DNA of 63,891 bases, the filler included, from Octopus bimaculoides (lineage: Eukaryota): NCBI RefSeq assembly GCF_001194135.2. It is 6 parts of 6 records of this genome, joined end to end, with 100 filler letters (N's around TTAATTAATTAA, not from the genome) between each part and the next. Parts side by side here need not be neighbours in the genome. Positions count along the whole stretch, not along the records: positions 55,226 to 60,496 come from NC_068998.1; positions 60,597 to 63,891 come from NW_026406470.1; 4 more parts are not named here. One strand, 5' to 3'. Below, one piece after another: positions 59,904-63,891 of this stretch (its first letter is position 1; every line of letters begins with the position of its first letter). The position numbers were made by a program, and so were the translations under genes. A model generated the notes under the pieces. It had not been told where the DNA came from, ran no database searches, and worked only from the letters and a program-made list of their open reading frames with translations.

Positions 59904-60132
59904 GGTGGTGAGCTGGCAAAACCATTAGCACACTGGACAAGATGTTTAATAGTATTTCATCTGATTTTGTGTTCTGAGTTTATATTCCACCAAGGTGGAC
60001 TTTGCCTTTCATCCTTCTGGGTTTGATAAAATAAGTTTCAGTAATGCACTGGGGTTGATGTAATTGACTATCCCCCTTCCCCAAATTTCAGACCTTGTGT
60101 CTATTGTAAAAAGGATATTTATTATTATTATT
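59902..60132 (+). mobile_element. tRNA-derived SINE family 1 with (ATT)n tail
   Basis: Head GG(C/T)GG(C/T)GAGCTGGCA(G/A)AA...TTCTGAGTT(C/T)A(A/T)ATTCC; more than 12 copies, e.g. about 830-995, 10680-10910, 14260-14475, 17560-17780, 27075-27295, 38380-38770, 41890-42170 and 42700-43080. Confidence 0.8.
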
Positions 60133-61799
60133 TTCATAGGCGTAAGAGTGGCTGTGTGGTAAGTAGCTTGCTTACGAACCACATGGTTCCGGGTTCAGTC
60201 CCACTGCATGGCACCTTGGGCAAGTGTCTTCTACTATGGCCTTGGGCTGACCAAAGCCTTGTGAGTGGATTTGGTAGACGGAAACTGAAAGAAGCCCGTC
60301 GTATATATGTATATATATGTGTATGTATGTGTGTGTGTATATGTTTGTGTGTCTGTGTTTGTCCCCCCAACATCACTTAACAACTGATGCTGGTGTGTTT
60401 ACATCCCCGTAACTTAGCGGTTCAGCAAAAGAGACCAATAGAATAAGTACTAGGCTTCCAAAGAATAAGTCCTGGGGTCGATTTGCTCGACTAAAGNNNN
60501 NNNNNNNNNNNNNNNNNNNNNNNNNNNNNNNNNNNNNNNNTTAATTAATTAANNNNNNNNNNNNNNNNNNNNNNNNNNNNNNNNNNNNNNNNNNNNATAT
60601 ATATCCTACATAGATATACAGCCAAAACGCCATAGCACAGCAGTATTCGTTCTGAGAAAGCATGTAGTAATGTGCTCAACAGTATAGAAGTATTAACGGC
60701 AGACGAAAACTATCCAGTATTGTCTGTGAAACTATAAGACCACCTGATTTCTTCGTTTTTGCATGTTCTGTAGCAGGAATCTACTATCACTCCAAGCTAA
60801 TCAAAACTTTGTCTCTAATGGTGTATAGAAATAAACATTGATTAATCAGCAATCTGTGGAACTTATATAACTGTAAGAACATATTTATGCTGTAAGAACG
60901 CTTAAAACTGTAGTATTCCTCATTAGAAAGCATCTTTTATAGACCGATCTGCAAATCTCTCAACTCCGTTACTCGAATGTTGTCCAAAGAAAATACTGCC
61001 AATTTAAGGCCGAAACAAACTGAGTGTTCTGTCGCCACGGACTTTGCCATCAACCAGAAAGTTCTGGGACAAACATGTCTCTGTTTCTTGTCGATTGGTC
61101 TAAAAATTTCGCCAATTCACTGCACTTTATTTTTAGCACTTTAGTACTTTATTTTTCATTGACCCCATGAAATACAAAATGATTTATAGGTCGTCACAAC
61201 AACATATAGTCTTTAACATTATAACAACTTTCAATTCGTCGCGTTTGAACAGTTTGAATAAATATTTACCGGTCTTTTATAAGACGTGTGGATTGGTGAT
61301 TCGGGGATTGCAATCACGATCATTGGATTGTAATTTTGATTCCCTGATCGATAACTGTGTTCCTTGCAAACGTATAAATATGTGTGTGTAATTATAAAAT
61401 CCACGGATTTAAGTGAAGTAAGTTCGAAAGCTTCGAGCAGTCCGTGATAGGTATAAAAATACAGCGTTCGGAGCCAATAATAATTTATTGGCGTCGCAGA
61501 CTGTAGGCTTTTGAAGTTCGATAAACTAAAAACTTTATTTTATATCTCACGGTTAGCAATTTGAGTTGCTATGAATACTAATAAAAATTCAAATCAAAGG
61601 AGTGAAGCAGGTAAAATCTTCAGCGAGTTTACTTGGAATTCCTTAACGACGATGTAACCTTCATATAATTAAGGTAGCTTCGGCCTGGTAAGTAGCTGGC
61701 TTAGTACACTTCGTTGAGTAATTATTACATCAGAGGATCTGCTAGCTAGGAAACATATGTAGTTTGGATTTCACCTGCTCCGCTCCTTCAGCTTGGATT

Positions 61800-61865
<66 letters not shown>

Positions 61866-62184
61866 CGTGTGTGTTTAAATATATAGAAAGTGAAAAAGGG
61901 GAAAAAGACAGGTAGAACAGATAAGAGAAGACTGATCTTCTATCTATATATATTCTCTCCGACATCGTATCTCCTCGATTTTCGGTACGACGCGAAACAC
62001 GCCCTAACCTCAACTATGGATATTTTTGTCAGCAATGCACTTTCCGAAGACCTTAATTGAGATTTCTTTGATCATTCGGATCCTTATATATATATATATA
62101 TATATACATGCTATATACTTACATGCATATATACATACATGCATATATACATACATACATATGTATATGTGTGTGTTTATATAT

Positions 62185-62222
<38 letters not shown>

Positions 62223-62436
62223 GTGTGTGTGTGCATGTTTAAATAGATAGATGTATATATAAAGATAGATAAATAGATAGATAGAGATACGAATATATGT
62301 TTATATGTTTATATATATAGTCAATTCAAACAGGAACTAGCAAGAAAAGACACGAAAAAAACACGAATAAACGACAACACTAGAACGTGGAATAAGTAGT
62401 GTTATTGAACGCTCAGGAAAGGAAAGAAAAGAAAGA

Positions 62437-62475
62437 GGATTTCGCGTTTCGAGCGGAGCTCTTCATCAGAAATAT
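62437..62475 (-). ncRNA. Minimal hammerhead motif of a Penelope-like pLTR relic
   Basis: ATATTT CTGATGA AGAGC TCC GCTC GAAA CG CG AAAT; related relic at 36215-36250. Confidence 0.45.
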
Positions 62476-62555
62476 AGAAAAAGTCGAAAGAAGGGAAGAC
62501 GGAGAAAGAAAATCGCCAACGATGCACACGCGGTCACNNNNNNNNNNCCCCCCAG

Positions 62556-62588
<33 letters not shown>

Positions 62589-62970
62589 AGTGAAGATAAT
62601 TTGCCAACGTAATGTGGCAGTCTCGGTTGGGACGAATATTACTGTTGTTTAGCCCCAGGAAATGTCTCCAGCTAGTTATACGACACATAATCTGTGTCCT
62701 TATATTTTCGAACAGGGGAGTTTAGCACCCCAACTCAGCACAAAGCGTGCGCGTATGTTTGCATATGTATTATGCATGTTTGTTAATTTTTTGAAAAATT
62801 TTATGTGTCATTAGATAAATAAATTAAATATCTCGTACATAAATGGATTGATTGTTCGATACTTCTAAGCAGAGCATCATATGTATTTTTGTGGTATGGG
62901 ACTCTCGAACATTGCATTCCATGTATATGTGTATGTGTGTATTAGTTTCTGTGTGTCGAAGTTTGTGTAA

Positions 62971-63014
<44 letters not shown>

Positions 63015-63344
63015 CAGTATCCATAGTGCGTATTTGAGGAAAGTATAATTTTGCTGCCAAGGGAAATAACTCTAAGAAAATATTTACATGTTATTTCCCT
63101 TGAGCAAGAAATTTTTTTTGTACTTTTGAAAAGTTTGACGAATTGTGCTGTTCCCTGCAATTGCTTTCGCACAAAAAACTGAGAAAGACTGAGTTTACAA
63201 AGAAATAGAACGGATGATAAAGTTCCTCTTCAAGGGATATTTTATTTATTAATGTGAAAAGAAAGAAACTGACACTACTTCGGTTACAAAATCACTACTT
63301 CGGTTTCAGTTGATGTCTATAAATCTACCTATATATATAAATAT

Positions 63345-63499
63345 AATTTAGAAATAGCAGTCAAAGAACTAGTGATTCTAAACTACAAATTTTTCTTTAA
63401 ACGGATTTTTTGTTCTATGTGTGCCATAAATATCGCCATCCGTTTAGAGAAAAATTTGTAGTTTAGAATCAGTAGTTCTTTGACTGCTATTTCTAAATT
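63345..63499. repeat. 62-bp inverted repeat (2 mismatches) with 31-nt loop
   Basis: 63345-63406 versus 63438-63499. Confidence 0.9.
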
Positions 63500-63891
63500 T
63501 TCAGTATGTTGGAGAAGCAACTCAATGCTAATCCGTGTATATTTATGATGATAAATGGTTTTACCAATAAAGGTTTTTTCATACTGAACTACTTGGCAAA
63601 ATTGTTAATTATTAATTCTATTATTAATTGACGATTCCCTGCCCTTATTCTTGTATATATATATATATATATATATATACCTACTTACATACATACAACC
63701 AAATGCTCGTGACATTAACTTGCAAGTGGCTGAGCACTCCAAAGGCACTGTACTATTAACGTTGTTCCCATGGAGATTCAGCGTGACAAATATGAAATAC
63801 CTGACCCACCCCCCCTGTTCAAGACGACTTTCGGGCCGGGGCCTATGGACAACTTCCAGAGATCCCTGGTCTGGCAGTGCTATCGAGAAGC

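Noticed and set aside
60597-61760. Repeat-poor stretch as the PRDM14 last exon or another gene
   Set aside because: No CK.CGK.FASHAAHDSH-like frame is present, and the short open frames are unrecognisable.

Overview
AT-rich, microsatellite-dense animal genomic DNA with many N gaps. The SINE/MITE repertoire looks like an octopus (coleoid cephalopod) assembly; this is an inference from repeat families. Five identical 100-bp spacers (44 N + TTAATTAATTAA + 44 N) split the window into six joined pieces, so adjacency across them is not biological evidence. Two protein-coding genes are supported, both on + and both incomplete. (1) MCM7: 12 GT-AG exons at 23537-39970, phase-consistent, 528 aa from the zinc-finger/OB region through the AAA+ domain to the stop. 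The 5' exons are not visible. (2) A PRDM14 orthologue: three C2H2 zinc-finger exons at 49448-52072. The PR/SET exons and last exon are not visible. The rest is transposon-derived: at least five tRNA-headed or RTE-tailed SINE-like families, TTAA-flanked piggyBac-type MITEs, Tc1 and mariner transposase relics, LINE ORF1 relics and an RTE fragment with two C2H2 fingers. Highlights: a U12-type (minor spliceosome) intron in MCM7; a tRNA-headed element carrying a minimal hammerhead-ribozyme motif that inserts as a head-to-head palindrome with a 13-bp target-site duplication (Penelope/retrozyme/Sm-alpha-like); further hammerhead motifs; several fold-back hairpins in MCM7 introns; and telomere-like TTAGGG arrays packaged inside inverted repeats.
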